Source: Octopus sinensis (lineage: Eukaryota). From it: a stretch of 64,000 nucleotides of DNA. Made by a program: the position numbers and the translations under genes. The notes beneath the pieces were generated by a model, which saw nothing but the letters and a program-made list of their open reading frames with translations, was not told the DNA's origin and made no database searches. The DNA lies in assembly GCF_006345805.1 (NCBI RefSeq), contig NC_043020.1, positions 1,426,001 to 1,490,000 on the forward strand, given 5' to 3'. Shown here piece by piece: positions 25,947 through 39,626 of this stretch. Within the stretch, counting starts at the first letter, position 1, and each line of letters starts with the position of its first letter.

Positions 25947-28068
25947 CACAGCTCTTGGGTTTCATTTCTCATTTTGTCCCAGAATTTTGGATGCGAGGGC
26001 CATAGTATTTTTTCACTATATTTTAAGCGAGGCAAGGATCGCATAGTAATTTTTTTTTACCCATGTCCCACTGGTGAAGCATTTGGTACTTTGTTTTACT
26101 ATTTTCAATTTTCCTCTTTTATTTTACATCATTACACAATGAAGCTCTGATCTATGAAAATCAAACAAAAAATATAAAAAATAGGAGAAATATGTTTTTC
26201 TGTACTCTAATGACCTACTTTAAGCAATTGTGATATGTGAGCGTCCAAAAGACTCATAGAAAAGAAATGACAACACACTAGAGGGGTGTGTGGGTCTTAC
26301 AAAAACCTACCTCTATGACCCTCCAGTAAGGTTGTGTTAAACAACAGTTTTACGAACCCATATCCTTTCTCGGTCCTTCATTGTGTCTGTCAAAGAGACT
26401 GACAGCTTGTTATTTTGACCTAATTCTGTCTTGTTTGAGCTGACCTAGAAAATAAAAGTATCTCCCTGAAGGTGATGTCATCTGCTTCTCTGAGGCATTG
26501 TGTATTTAAAACTACATTACCCAGCTGTGTCCCAGACTTTCAAGGTGGTGCAAAAGGTTAGGCCTCACATAGAAGCTGCTGGTAGGGCTTCTGCATGGTC
26601 TCTCAGTTTGCAAGAAATAACTACCAAGTTCTGTATTATGTAGGTCTTTTATCTTTTACCTGCTTTGTTCATGCTGGAGCTCTGCTTTGAAGGATTTTAG
26701 TTGAGCAAATCAACCCCAATATTTTATTGATCATTTTTGCCAAACTGCTGAGTTACAGGGGCTGTAATAAAAACTTCGTGTTTGTCCCACCTTGCTGTTT
26801 GACAGCCAAACCACATGATGGGTTTCTGCACAGTTTCCATCCACCAAATTCATTCTCGTGGCATTGGTCTGCTTGGAGCTGTAGCAGGCACTTGTCCAAG
26901 GTGCTGGACAGTAGAATTGAACTTGAGACCACGTTGTTGCAAAATGAGCCTCTTAACCCTGTAACCATTTGGAATACTGTTGAACATTAGTTTGCTCCAG
27001 CAGGGCTGACCTGGGTCTAAACCACCACAGAAGTTTCTTCATTGGCGGCGAGCTGGCAGAATCGTTAGCACGCCAGGCGAAATGCATAGCAGCATTTCCT
27101 CTGTCTTTACGTTCTGAGTTCAAATTCCGCCAAGGTTGACTTTGCCTCTCATCCTTTCGGGGTCAATAAATTAAGTACCAGCTACGCACTGGGGGTCGAT
27201 GTAATCGACTTAATCCCTTTGTCTGTCCTTGTTTGCCCCTTCTGTGTTTAGCTCCTTGTTGGCAATAAAGAAATAAGAAGCTTCTTCATTGGTTCTTTAA
27301 GGGGCTTTTGCTTGCAGCTTGTTGACTCTATAGTTTTCTAGTCAATAAATAGTTGTCTTGTATCTCTCACCCCACCTTTGTGTATGAGATCAGTTTCTTT
27401 GTAAATAGGTGTCACATACTTGTGTGAACTAATTGCTTTGTCTGTCATCCCCTCCTTCTCTCTCTCTCTCTCTCTCCTTCCTTATGTAGGAGCCTTTGTT
27501 GCTTGGCTGTTAATAAGTGATCATGTGACTCTTCACTGCAGAAAGATGAGGCAATATTATCAACGACTTAAATTCTATTATCTTGCTTTACTGACCTCAA
27601 AACTCTTCCACATGGTGACATTTACTTTACCTATTTCTTTACTACCCACAAGGGGCTAAACACAGAGGACAGACAAACGGATTAAGTTGATTACATCGAC
27701 CCCAGTGCGTAACTGGTACTTATTTAATTGACCCCGAAAGGATGAAAGGCAAAGTCGACCTCGGCGGAATTTGAACTCAGAAAGTAGCAGCAGACGAAAT
27801 ACCGCTAAGCATTTCGCCCGGCATGCTAACGTTTCTGCCAGCGCATTTACTTTACCTTTTGTGGACATCATCATAATCCCGGTTTTAACGTCCGTTTCCT
27901 GCATTTGCTTGAGTCAGTTTTCCGTGGTGGCATGGATTGGATGGGCTGGCATAAAATTCAAATTGGTCACCCCTTTGCTTTCACCTTTTGCAAAATTCTT
28001 TATACTTATGTTGGTGTGTTAAACTTCTTCTACAATTAAAACCTAATCCTCGTTTCTTTCTCTTTCAG

Positions 28069-28144
28069 TGTCAAACCTGAACATTATCTAATCACAATGG
28101 ACTTCCTGGAAGCCATCGCAGAGACAGTCGACAAGCATTTGTAA
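28069..28144 (+). CDS. IDH2: IDH2 terminal coding exon (76 nt): NVKPEHYLITMDFLEAIAETVDKHL*
   Basis: Polypyrimidine tract with CAG acceptor; phase 2 matches the previous exon; TAA stop at 28142-28144. Confidence 0.95.
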
Positions 28145-28714
28145 TGGATGCCGATGTTTAGACATGTTCATCCGACCTGTTAGGCCAAACCCTTCCTTTT
28201 AGTACTACAAGGAGGATAAGTATTTAGCGGTTAAGGAGTCGGAGGGTAGATGGAAGCTAGTTGTGATCATACTTTCTCTTTCTTTATCCTTTCTTCACTT
28301 ATTGTTATCAGCAGGGGTCAGGAATAGGGGTGAGCTGGCAGGATCAGAACATCTGATAAAATTCCTTGCAGTAATTGTTCTGGCTTGTTACTGTTTGTGA
28401 GTTGAAATACACCCACCTATGCCTTCAGTCTCACCTGGTTTGTTTGATAAAGTACCTGTCATGAACTGAGGTTGATGGAATTGACTATTTCTTTTCCCTC
28501 TTAACATATCAATCCTTGTGCCTGTGTAAGAAATTTATTAAGGGCATTGCCCTTCATCTCTCTCTCTCTTTCACCATTCCATTCTTGCTCCTCTTTCTAT
28601 TTTCCTTTATCCATCTTTAAGGGTTTATGAAATGCTTTTGGATCTTACGGCAAACTTTCAGCAAGATGTTGAAATGTTGCTGTAGGAATTTTGAGATAGG
28701 GGTTAGTTTATTGT

Positions 28715-28720
28715 AATAAA
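28715..28720 (+). terminator. Candidate polyadenylation signal for IDH2 (a second AATAAA at 29753-29758)
   Basis: AATAAA about 570 nt after the stop codon. The genomic A-run at about 28731 could also cause internal priming. Confidence 0.45.
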
Positions 28721-29789
28721 AATGTAGAACAAAAAAAAAAAAACAAAGAATTTCCAAGCCATATATCGCTTATGTTTCCTCCTCACCTTTCTCATTTTCT
28801 CCCTCTTTCAATTTTCTTGTTAAAACATCAAAAATTTCCTTGTAAAAAAACTTGAAACTAAAATCCATTGTCAGTGAAACTATTTACTACTAAATGGATA
28901 CTAAATTATTAAATTGTGAATGTAACCCTCTCAGACCTGGGCCCTTGTGGCTAACTTTGCCCTCCATCTGGGCTCCGGAGCAAAACGTCAAATAGTTACA
29001 TGTAGACCTCAATTGCTGGCAAAATAATGGACTGAATCGGCTGCATGTGTTCATTATCATTCTGCCAGGAATCCAGCAGAGATTACATTCTTAGTATTTA
29101 TCTCGGTTTATTGGTTTTATAACTCTTTGTTCGGAGTTCAATTCCTGTGGTGGTCATCTTGGCTTTTCCTATTCTCAGAGCCGATATGGAGTACCCATCA
29201 AATACTGGGGTTGATTGGTTGATTTCTTTGACTAACTTTCTCCCCAAAATTTCTGACCTTGTGCCTATGTTAGAAACCCTTTTGGTTTCTATAAAACAAG
29301 CACCAGTCAAAAATCCCAGAGGTTGATTTAATCAACTGTTTCCTCATCTCTCTCCCTCAATTTTATCTTTGTGCCTGTTAAAAATTATTGAATTCCTTAG
29401 GGCTCAGATATAGTCAAATTGTAGTGGGGACATACGTTGATTGGCTGTATATACCTAGTCAAAAGAAATACAATTTTTCTTCTAATACAATCACAAACCT
29501 CTGTATAATATTTAACTTGTTTTGATCATTTACTTGGACTTCCGTTAGTTTGTAATATCTCTCCCTCCCTGTCATCTTATCAATTATAGACCCCTCCTTG
29601 TATTACGAAAAGGGGGTTGTGTATACATATATATTTAAACAACGCAGAAAGAAACGACACACAACAAAATGGTTAATAAAATAATAAAATTTATCCTGAA
29701 TATTGTTTGTCTTGAATCGCATGTATTTATGCATGACTGGAAAATTTGGATTAATAAAGTTTATATCAGCATTTTTTATTTTAAAAAAT

Positions 29790-30180
29790 AGGAGTGGCTG
29801 TGTGGTAAGTAGCTTGTTTACCAACCACATGGTTCCGGGTTCAGTCCCACTGCGTGGCACCTAAAGCAAGTGTTTTCTACTATAGCCTCGGGCCGACCAA
29901 AGCCTTGTGAGTGGATTTGGTAGACGGAAACTGAAAGAAGCCCGTCATATATATATATATATATATGCGTTTGTGTGTCTGTGTTTGTCCCCCTAGCATT
30001 GCTTGACAACCGATGCTGGTGTGTTTACATCCCCGTCACTTAGCGGTTCGGCAAAAGAGATCGATAGAATAAGTACTGGGCTTACAAAGAATAAATCCCA
30101 GGGTCGATTTGCTCGACTAAAGGCGGTGCTCCAGCATGGCCGCAGTCAAATGACTGAAACAAGTAAAAGAGTAAAGAGAG
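29790..30180 (+). mobile_element. tRNA-derived CORE-type SINE family B (representative full copy)
   Basis: ggagtggctgtgtggtaag head, ggttccgggttcagtccc B box, CORE-like ggcacct(t)gggcaagtg, internal TA/TG tract, tail ctgaaacaagtaaaagag. Other copies: 3858-4200(+), 5780-6075(+), 7772-8000(+), 8975-9270(-), 10222-10560(+), 12653-13005(+), 15795-16160(-), 19975-20352(-), 32645-33000(-), 33010-33290(+), 49075-49474(-), 56829-57297(+), 59067-59370(+), 62325-62724(-). Confidence 0.9.
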
Positions 30181-31244
30181 TATAAAAGCATCGATCTTTG
30201 AGCATTCACATTACTCTTTCAATTGTAGTGTTTATTCAGTCACATCTTGTTAATTAATCGTGCATTATCGCATAGCTTGGATTTTAATTATGTAATTATT
30301 TCTACGAGTGTAAGTTAGGTGTGAAAGGTCAGACCTGGTTGGTTTGAACATAAAAAAAAAGAATATTTTGGGTCTGTTTTGGCTGGTTTAAACCGGTCAT
30401 ATCTGGCCAAAATAGTCTACCTCTTTTATGTTCAAACTGGCCAGATCCAACATCTCACTCTTAACACTACAATGTCATTCTAAGAATAAATGACCACACC
30501 ATCAAAATCTTGAAGTTATGAGAGTAAATAAGCAATACATTTGACAAAATAATCTTTTGTAAGTCTAGTACTTACTCCATCAGTCTCTTTTGATGAATTG
30601 CTAAGTTATGAGAACATAAACACACCGACACTGGTTGTCAATCGGTGGTGGTGGAGCAGACTCCCCCCTGGCACGTAAAAAGCACCCACTACACTCACGG
30701 AGTGGTTGGCATTAGGAAGGGCATCCAGCCGTAGAAACATTGCCAGATCAGACTGAGCCTGGTCCTGGCTTCCCAGACCCCAGTTGAACTGTCCAACCCA
30801 TGCTAGCATGGAAAGCGGATGCTAAATGATGATGATGATATATAATCAAAATAAGCAACAGGATATCAAGAAGTGATGCAGTATGACCATTTCAAGTGGC
30901 TCCATTTAATTGAACAATGCAATCATTACATCAATTTGTGTCCAACTGGTTAAAATTCTATACATTTATTTGTGCAGCTGATGATAGCACTGCATTTAAA
31001 TTGATGTAATGATTGCATTGTTCAATTAAATGGAGCGGCTTGAAATGTGATGCAGTACGACCATTTAAAATGGCTCCATTTAGCGCATCAAATGAAGGCC
31101 TTGTGGTATTTGTTCAGGCTTTTAGTATTTTGAGTTCAAATCCTACAAGGATCAACTCTGCTTCTGGCTACTGACTGGCCAATAACTCAGCCTCCCACAT
31201 GAACAAACCGTTATGTCCTGACTTGAATTTTGTAATCGTTGCCA

Positions 31245-31503
31245 GAGCAGCCAACTGGCTTCCGTACCCGTGGCACGTAACAAGGGCACCATTCGAGCGT
31301 GATCGTTACCAACGTCGCTTCACTGGCACATAAAAAGCACCCTCTACACTCTCGGCGTGGTTGGCGTTAGGAAGGGCATCCAGCTGGAGAAATTCTGCCC
31401 GATCAAGATTGGAGCCTGGTGCAGCCATCTGGCTCGCCAGCCCTCAGTCAAAATCGTCCAACCCATGCCAGCATGGAAAGCGGACGTTAAACGATGATGA
31501 TGA
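31245..31503 (+). mobile_element. Retroposon family C with (GAT)n tail (representative)
   Basis: gtggttggcgttaggaagggcatccagctg...ggacgttaaacgatgatgat. Other copies: 14882-15115(+), 16415-16596(-), 18925-18998(+), 20822-20945(+), 23238-23416(+), 30668-30840(+), 34172-34305(-), 35385-35635(+). Confidence 0.85.
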
Positions 31504-31670
31504 CTATTTCATGTCTCTGGTTTTGAGTTCAGTTCTCTTGTGGGGCACCTTGTACAAGTGACTTCTATAGCCCTGGGCTGATAAATTCCTTGTAAGTGGA
31601 TTTGATACATGAAAACTCTGGAACCAATTTACTGTATCTGCCTTTGTCCTTCCACTACCACTAGAGATCT

Positions 31671-31870
31671 TTAACCCTTTAGCATTTAAACTGGCCAAAA
31701 TAATCTACCTGTTTTATCCTCAAACTAGCCAGATCTCACCTCTCACACTTACCCTACAATGTTATTCTAAAAATAATCACGTCATTGAAATTTCAAAACT
31801 ACAATGATCAGTTCAAAGCGATGGGAATAAATAAACATTACACATTGACAGAGAAATCTGAATGCTGAGT
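31671..31870 (+). mobile_element. Family G MITE
   Basis: ttaaccctttagcatttaaac start; homologous to 19126-19578, 10877-10980 and 30385-30550. Confidence 0.7.
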
Positions 31871-33319
31871 TTACCTGTCATAACACTGGTACCAAGATTG
31901 CTCAGCACTTTCCTTTGGACTACAACAGCAGCCTAGGGGGCGGGGGAGTGGCTTGCATGATTGGGCATTGGCTTGTCTTTTAAAATTTAGAAGGGGAAAA
32001 TATTCACTTTAGATATATCAAAGTCTATAAATTTTATTTTAAAAAAAACGTTCATTAATGTGATGTATGCCTGCTATTTCTAGAGGTTGAACAACTGTTG
32101 TAATATCTTCAATATTATGATTGAACTATTTAAGAGTATCTAATTAGCCATATAATGATTCTGTGGGTTTTATGGTGGTGGAAGTAGTCCTGTGAATGGG
32201 TCCTAACTCGGCAAAGCATCTTGAATAATTGCTCTACACTGACCTGGTTTGTCTTCGTCATCTTCTGGAACGAGTGGAAGAGTAAAACAAAATAAATGGA
32301 ATTTGGCTGCTATTTCTAACTGGTCGAACTCTTAAGTAAAGGTCCCAGATTTTTCAATGTATTTCGTCTGTAGAAAATAATTGGCTGCTGTTTGTAACAG
32401 GTTGAAGATCTTCTGTAGAGAGCACTGATTTCTTAACAATTTATCCTCAGTACCATCGCTGATTAATGTCGCTGGAAGGTGCTGAAACGATCTCCCGTTG
32501 ATCAATCGATGCATTTCCTGTGAGGCTTTTGCAAGCATACTTTCTCTTTCCTTGTTTATGTGTCAGTCGATCAATACCTCTCTAAAAAATATATGTTCGT
32601 GTCAGGCACGGCTGCAGTCAAATGAATGAAACCAGTAAAAGTATATACTCTTTTACTTGTTTCAGTTATTTGACTGCGGCCATGCTGGAGCACCGCCTTT
32701 AATCGAGCAACTCGACCCCGGGAGTTATTCTTTTTGTAAGCCCAGTACTTATTCTATCAGTATCTTTTTGCTGAACTGCTAAGTGAAGGGGACATAAACA
32801 CACCAGCATCAGTTGTCAAGCAATGCTAAGGGGACAAACACAGACACACGCACATATATATATACGATGGGCTTCTTTTAGTTTCCGTCTACCAAATCCA
32901 CTCACAAGGCTTTGGTCGGCCCGAGGCTATAGTAGAAGACACTTGCCCAAGGTGCCACGCAGTGGGACTGGACCCGGAACCATGTGGTTGGTAAGCAAGC
33001 TTTTTTCTCTCTCTAACATGTTAATGTAGGCACAAGTATGGTTCTGCGGTTAAGAGGCTCACTATGCAACCACGTGGTTTTGGGTTCAGTCCCACTGCGC
33101 GGCACCTTGTGCATGAGACTTCTACTATAGCCTCAAACCGATAAATACCTTGTGAGTGGATTTGTTACAAGAAAGCTGGAAGTAAACTCACTATACGAGT
33201 GTGTGTCTGTGTATGTCCTCTCAGCACCACATGGCAGTAGGTGTTGGTTTGTTTATGTCCCTGTAACTTAGCAGTAGAATATGTGCTGGGGTCGTAATTT
33301 TTCGGTTAGGATTTCTTAA

Positions 33320-33912
33320 GGCTCTACTGCAGCCCGTCCTGGACTGTCTACCAGTGGCATGCCAGGAAGCTGAACCAATTTCATACAATACGCCTCAGAA
33401 AACTTCTCGGCATAAAGTGGCAGGACAGGATGCTAGGCACCGAAGTGCTAACCTGCCCAGCATCCATATTATCTTGATGCAGTCTCAGCTTCCCTGGGCA
33501 GGGCACATAGCTCGCACGTTAGACGACTGATTACCAAAAAGATTGCTCTTTGGCGAGCTGCCAAAGGTAAAGCGCTCACAAGGCGGCCAGAAGAAGCGCT
33601 TTGAGGACACACTGAAAGCCTTCAACATTGACCATGACACTTGGGAGCAGTCTGCTCTAGACAGCGATCAACTGTCCACAAGGGTGCCAACACATGCGAG
33701 ACCAATAGGATCGCTGCTGCAGAAGACCACAGACAAGCCAGGAAGAACAGAGCTAACAACCCTGTAGCAGGCGCTACCATTCCCTATCCACACTGTCAAA
33801 GACTCTTTCGGGCGCAGATTGGCCTCACTAGCCATCTGCGGACTCACAAAACAAGCCCACCCCCATCCCAGGATGACTTGGTCTTCGTCGCATCGACGGA
33901 CAAACTACACTC
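33320..33912 (+). mobile_element. Decayed RTE-clade LINE 3' end
   Basis: WTVYQWHARKLNQFH, WAGHIAR, LPKRLLFGEL..RSQGGQKKRFEDTLK and a C-terminal zinc-finger-like PHCQRLFRAQIGLTSHLRTH; contains stops and frameshifts. Confidence 0.88.
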
Positions 33913-34322
33913 AACTCCAATGACTTGAATAAAATTTTTAAAAATCCTTATCTTTTTCTTGTTTCAGTCATTAGACGGCGACCATGCTGGGGCACCGCCT
34001 TGAGGAATTTTTAGACGAATGAATCGATCCCAGTAACTTTCTTTGTGTGTGTGTTAAACATTGTACTTATTCTTTTGGAAACTTGCCGAACCGCTAAATT
34101 ACGGGGACGTAAACACACCAACGCCGGTTGTCAGGCCGTGATGGTGGAGGGAGACACACACACACATACATATCATCGTTTAACGTCTGCTTTCCATGCT
34201 AGCATGGGTTGGACGATTTTGACGGAGGGCTGGCGAACCAGATGGCTGCACCAGGCTTCAATCTTGATTTGACAGAGTTTCTACAGCTGGATGCCCTTCT
34301 TAACGCATATATGTATATATAT

Positions 34323-34460
34323 ATACCGGAGTAAACACATAAATGTGAAACAAGGTGGAAAAAAGAGTACTCAAATACCAGTGGTAGAGTAATATGCTTT
34401 ATTTAAAGCAGCAGAAAATTCAACAAAACCTGTTACTCTGGGTTTCCCGTTGCCGTTCAT
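34323..34460 (-). mobile_element. Second copy of the 57779-57977 hammerhead-bearing repeat, truncated inside the core
   Basis: Near-identical to 57779-57898 (taccggagtaaacacataaatgtgaaacaagg...); flanked by TA tracts; ends at ...atgaacggcaacgggaaac on the minus strand. Confidence 0.75.
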
Positions 34461-35296
34461 ATATATATATATGACAGGCTTCTCTCAGTTTCCGTCTACC
34501 AAATCCGTTGACGAGGCATTGTATTGTAGAGGACACTTTCCCAATATGCCACAGTGCGACTGAACCCGGAACCATGTGTTAGAAACAAGCTTCTTAACAC
34601 GTCAACCACTCCTGCGCCTGTCTCTCTGTATTTCGTCCGTACGTATGGGTGTTTATATATCTACCTCTTCCTATCATTTTAAATTCGAAAAAAAAATATT
34701 AACACACCCTATCTTCCACCAAGTTGACCCGACAAAGCAAATAAACAGAACAAGTATGTTTGTTATAACTCTTATTTAAGAAGAAAAAAACAACTTCTCT
34801 TCCAGTTGTTTTTTAACAGGAAACCTGTATAAAATAAATAGTTTAAAGCAGCCATGTCCCAAATATACGAACGTTTTTATGAATACAATCTGAATACGAG
34901 TCACTTGTCGACAGTTCAAGATCAAACAGGTTTTACTCAGCTCGCTCTTTTTTTTTCAAAAGAAGAAACCTTTTGTCTGGCTTTGGGTTTTTCTCCTCTT
35001 GCGCGTTTGTATATTATGTTACGTCTGACGTCATATATATATCACCTTCAATATGATACCTGCTTGGGAATCAGATATTTAGTATTTATCTCTTCTAAAT
35101 ATATAAATAAATATACCTGTGTATTCCTCTCAGCCTGTGTTTAATTCTCTCTCTCTTTCACACACAAATATAATACGTGTATGTAGATAGATGTGTGTAA
35201 AACCGAGAGAAAGAGATTGTAAGACCAAGATATAAATAGGTAAATGTGATAATATATTACTATATAAATGTAATAACATATATATATATAGGTATG

Positions 35297-35342
<46 letters not shown>

Positions 35343-35871
35343 TATGAGTGTGTATATGTATGTATATATATATATTCACACACATGGCACCATTCGAGCG
35401 TGCTCGATGTCAGTGCAGGCTGACTGGTCCCGTACCGTTGGCACGTAAAAAAGCACTATTCAAACGTGGTCGATAACAGTACCGCCTGACTGACCCTCGT
35501 GCCGGTGACACGTAAAAAGCACTCCCTACACACTCGCAGTGGTTGGCGTTAGGAAGGGCATCCAGCTCTAGTCCTCAGACAAACCGTGCAACCCATGCCA
35601 GCATGAAAAACGGACGTTAAACGACGATGATGTTATATGTATAATAAAAATGTAATTATATATATAAAAGTAAAAAAAAAAAATTAAATATATACTAGCA
35701 TACCTGTGTGGGCAAAAATGCCGACAGTTTTATTAATGATAGAAAATGGCGTATCAGCATAATGGGGCAAACTATTAATAAATATCAGCAAACTAGTATG
35801 TGTACATATACAGAATTTGAGTATCATACGATTGAAACGTTTCGGTTGAAAATATCATTTACATATCAGTA

Positions 35872-36268
35872 AAGTTATGGAGCGAATCATCAGAAAGAAG
35901 TTAAGTTTCCTAAAAGAAAATGACCTCCTGAACAATATACAGCATGGCTTCCGTCCGGGAAGAAGCTGCCTCACACAACTCTTACAGATTCTTCGTAGTT
36001 AGTAGAGGTCCTTTGGGAAAGGTGCTAGATAGATCGGCATAGTACCATCTTAAGGCATGGGTATATCAATCAGTTACCTTGGGGCCTCAGTTCGGATCTA
36101 AAACAGCTGCTTAACCATTCAGATGGCAGCGTGATATACATTGACTTTGCAAAGGCATTTGATAAGTAGATCATTGCATGATATGTCATAAGCTACGAGA
36201 CGTTGGCATTGCTGGTAACCTGGGTGAATGGCTGCATGACTTCCTTAAAGATAGAAGTCAGGGAGTTC
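35872..36268 (+). mobile_element. CR1/L2-type reverse transcriptase fragment, interrupted
   Basis: KVMERII, QHGFRPGRSCLTQLL, VIYIDFAKAFDK and WLHDFLKDRSQ motifs with disablements. Confidence 0.85.
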
Positions 36269-37339
36269 TGTCGGCGAGCAGACAGAAACGTTAGCACGCC
36301 GGGCGAAATGCTTAGCAGTATTTCGTCTGCCGCTATGTTCTGTCACAAAGCAGAAGAACCATGGTGTAACCCACTATGGTGTGGTAAAACTTTCAGACCC
36401 TAGTCTAGATTGCGAATCCTCTGTACCCCAGGATGGTTCAGCTCTCCACCAGTTAAAAGCCACCGTTTACGGAATGAGGATAACAACGTAGCTTTCGCGC
36501 CCGTGCAACAACCGCCAGTCTATCGCGTGTGGTGAGTGGATCTCCAAGTTACCACACGCATTCTTAGTAGCTTAGAGTAGGCTCGAATTAGAGATTGTTC
36601 TTTGTGGCTAATGGCGTGAGTCCTGATTGGAAGAAGAAGAAGAAGACAGCAGCTGACCCGAGCTGACAACAACCACAATGAACGATCGGCGATAGCAACG
36701 CAACGACCAGCAGCTAACCTTTTGTGTTATTACAATTACGCAAAAACCAATAACCTTCAAGCTTCCTTGACATTTTATCGTTCATAGTAACGACAGTATT
36801 TGTCTTTTGTGGACAAAAAGAATAAAATTTCGTTTCTCAACAATCTCCGTCTCCTTCGTACAGATGTTCCATCACAGACTTGCGATAGGAAGATGGAAGA
36901 TGGCTGGAGTCCAAATGCGGTTGGCTTTGCTTTTACTAAATTTCTGTAGCGCAAGAGGTGTTCACTGGTTAAAGGTGAGGGTTATACTCTAAAATATTGG
37001 TTCTTAATTCCTGTACAGGCATGGCTGTGTAGTTAAGAAGCTTCCTTTGCAACCATGTGATTTTTGTTTCAGTCTCATTGTGGAGTATCTTTGGGCAACT
37101 GTCTTCTATAGCCCTGGGTCCCTGGGCTGACCAATGCCTAGTGAGTGAATTTTTTCTCGCAAATATAGTTTGCGGAAGCCGTGTTTGGTAAGTCATTAAA
37201 GAGACGAAGAGGAGGAGACGAGTTGTTGGGGGAAAATAAGAGTAAAAGAGAGAATGGGTGAAAGCAACAATGCAAAACAGAAATTACGTAAGAAAGCGGT
37301 ATTTGGTGTGAGAGAACGAGACAATGTGGGTGGGGGTGT

Positions 37340-37510
37340 TGCTTCATTATCTCTGAGATAATGGGAGTGAGATAAAACGATAACTGGCGAATTGTGAGGG
37401 GTTGCACGTTTTGAGAATGAAAAACAGTCGCGTGCTTCCAAAGATTGGGATAGAGGGTAAATTTGAAGAATTTGGTAAGTACAGGGATTAGCTCTGAAGT
37501 ATACAATCTG
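37340..37510 (-). mobile_element. CR1/L2-type RT fragment
   Basis: YPNLWKHATVF...LTPIISEIMK resembles the WKxAxV...RPISLTxxxSKxME block. Confidence 0.6.
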
Positions 37511-38099
37511 TGAAACGAACACCTTTTACAGCCGGTAGGCTTGAAGCGATCAGCGTGTTTCCCGTTTCTGCCAGCTCGCCGCCTTCGTGAGGATTGTACG
37601 ACACGGAGACCCTCCTTTGGGGTTCGAACGGCATTTTGGCAGGAGTTAAATTCCCCTAATGTCTTAAGAAGGACACATTAGATAATGTAACCAAGTAGAA
37701 ATTCTCATGGATGGAACGTCTTTTGATTATAAGTCTGCGTCATTTGGGGTTGACCTGGGGTTAAGCAACAACGAACTTCTCAAACTCACGTGGTACAAGC
37801 TCCAGGTATCAGGTATCACGTGATCACCGAAAAACAAAAGCCGTGTTACCTTCTCCCTTTTTTCAGCACCACGACCACCACCACACATTTCTCGCCTGGA
37901 TTCTCATTGTCTTTCACACACACACACACACACAGACGTTTCATATTTCCACACACACCCCTTTCTCTTCCACTCACCCCCACCTCTTTTACACATTTCT
38001 TTTCTCTTCTAAGCCATATATCAATAGAGTCTGTTGACCTTACCTGCCAGGTGTTAGAAGTAATCAGCTTAGCTAACGAGGAATGGCGTAGCCATCCAT

Positions 38100-38207
38100 T
38101 TCTTTCTCTCTCTCTCTCTCTCTCCCTCTCTTTCTTTAATCACCCACTCTCTCTCATACACACACTCTCTCTCTCTCATATATCTATCTATCTATCTATC
38201 TATCCAC

Positions 38208-38248
<41 letters not shown>

Positions 38249-38760
38249 AAATGTCTTATAGGCTATTCGTTTTTCGGTATCTCTCTTTCACACACTTATA
38301 CGATCTCTCTGTCTCTCTCTTTCTCTCTCTCTCTCTCTTTGTCACACACACACACACACTCTGTCTCTCTCACTTCCTCACACAATCTCTCGTCTTACAT
38401 TTTTCTTCTCACACACATCTACCTTCCTGTTATTTAGTCTTTCTTACACACACATACACATACATGCAAAAGAACAATTTCTCTCACACACACATACACA
38501 CACTTTCTCTCTTACCCTCTTCCTCTCACCTTCTCTCTCAATCTGTCTCTCCCTCTCTCTCTCCCTCCCCTTTTCTTACTCTCAACAAATGTCCTTTTCA
38601 CTTCAGCTTCATCCAGGGCTTTGAAGGAGAGAAAAGTCATCAGAGTAACGGTGGTGGCGAGGGTGGTGGTGGTGGTAGTAGTGGTAGTAGTAGTAACAGT
38701 AGCAGTTGTAGTAATAGTAGTAGTAGTTAAATGTCACACTGATGCAAAGATCAAGCTAGT
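38100..38760. repeat. Compound (CT)n/(CA)n/(TA)n/(GTG,GTA)n microsatellites
   Basis: Direct inspection. Confidence 0.95.
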
Positions 38761-39014
38761 CCTCCACCGGCATTGTTTAATTTGGAGGTGGCGGTGTAAC
38801 GCGACTGGAAAAGGAGGTGTGTGTGTGTGTACGTGTTTGTGCATATTGCATATTACTATAATCTTTACTAGTTTAACTAACTGCTACACACATATATGAG
38901 TATTACCTTAACCTTTATCATGTTTAAACCTGCATGATTAGAGGTAAACCCTGTTCTCGGTCAAATGCATATACACACTCGCGTGCACCCCCTCTTCCCC
39001 CACACACACACTGG

Positions 39015-39417
39015 GGATCTTTTCGGTTTGAACGGCAGTTTTTTAAAATAATTTCTAGGTAACTAAAAAATTTTAAACTTCGTATACTGGTAGAATGTGT
39101 TTCTCTTGGCTTTATTGAGAAAATTCTATAGTTTGTAAGATATTTGTTTTTTTTTTCTTCAATTTCTGCAATTTCAACCAATCAATGACATCTATTGAGG
39201 TAACAAACATTCTGTGCCGTATGAATATGTCCCTCGTTTAAGAAACAGATTGAGTTTATTTACATTTGTGAAGAAAAAAAGATACCCTTCCCCCCACCCC
39301 TAACCCTAATCTTAAAACAGATTGAAATGCAATAGATTGATACTAGGGTCATGATTATGGGTGACAATTTCATATGACACCGCTAGAAAAAAACTGCCGT
39401 TCAAACCGAAAAGATCC
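39015..39417. mobile_element. MITE with perfect 30-bp TIR (GGATC...GATCC) and 8-bp TSD, Merlin-like
   Basis: TSD CACACTGG at 39007-39014 and 39418-39425; TIR ggatcttttcggtttgaacggcagtttttt. Confidence 0.85.
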
Positions 39418-39626
39418 CACACTGGCACTCCGCCGGTTACTACGACTGGGGTTCCAGCTGAGCCGATTTTTACGAACTGCCTGCTCGTAAAATTAACGTG
39501 CAAGTGGTTGAGGACTCCACAGACACGCGTACCTTTGACGCAGATCTGGGGGTGATTCAGCGTGGAACAGAATGTAACAAAATTATTTACATTCGACGGA
39601 TATTTGTCCTCATTTTGTTTGTTGTT

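Noticed and set aside
28130-28144. C-terminal KHL as a peroxisomal PTS1
   Set aside because: Lys at position -3 is non-consensus and the protein is otherwise IDH2-like.
32200-32580. Coding-looking patch on the minus strand (LQTAANYFLQ...PLVPEDDEDK)
   Set aside because: It has stops, no recognisable motif and no convincing splice sites; it cannot be assigned without a search.
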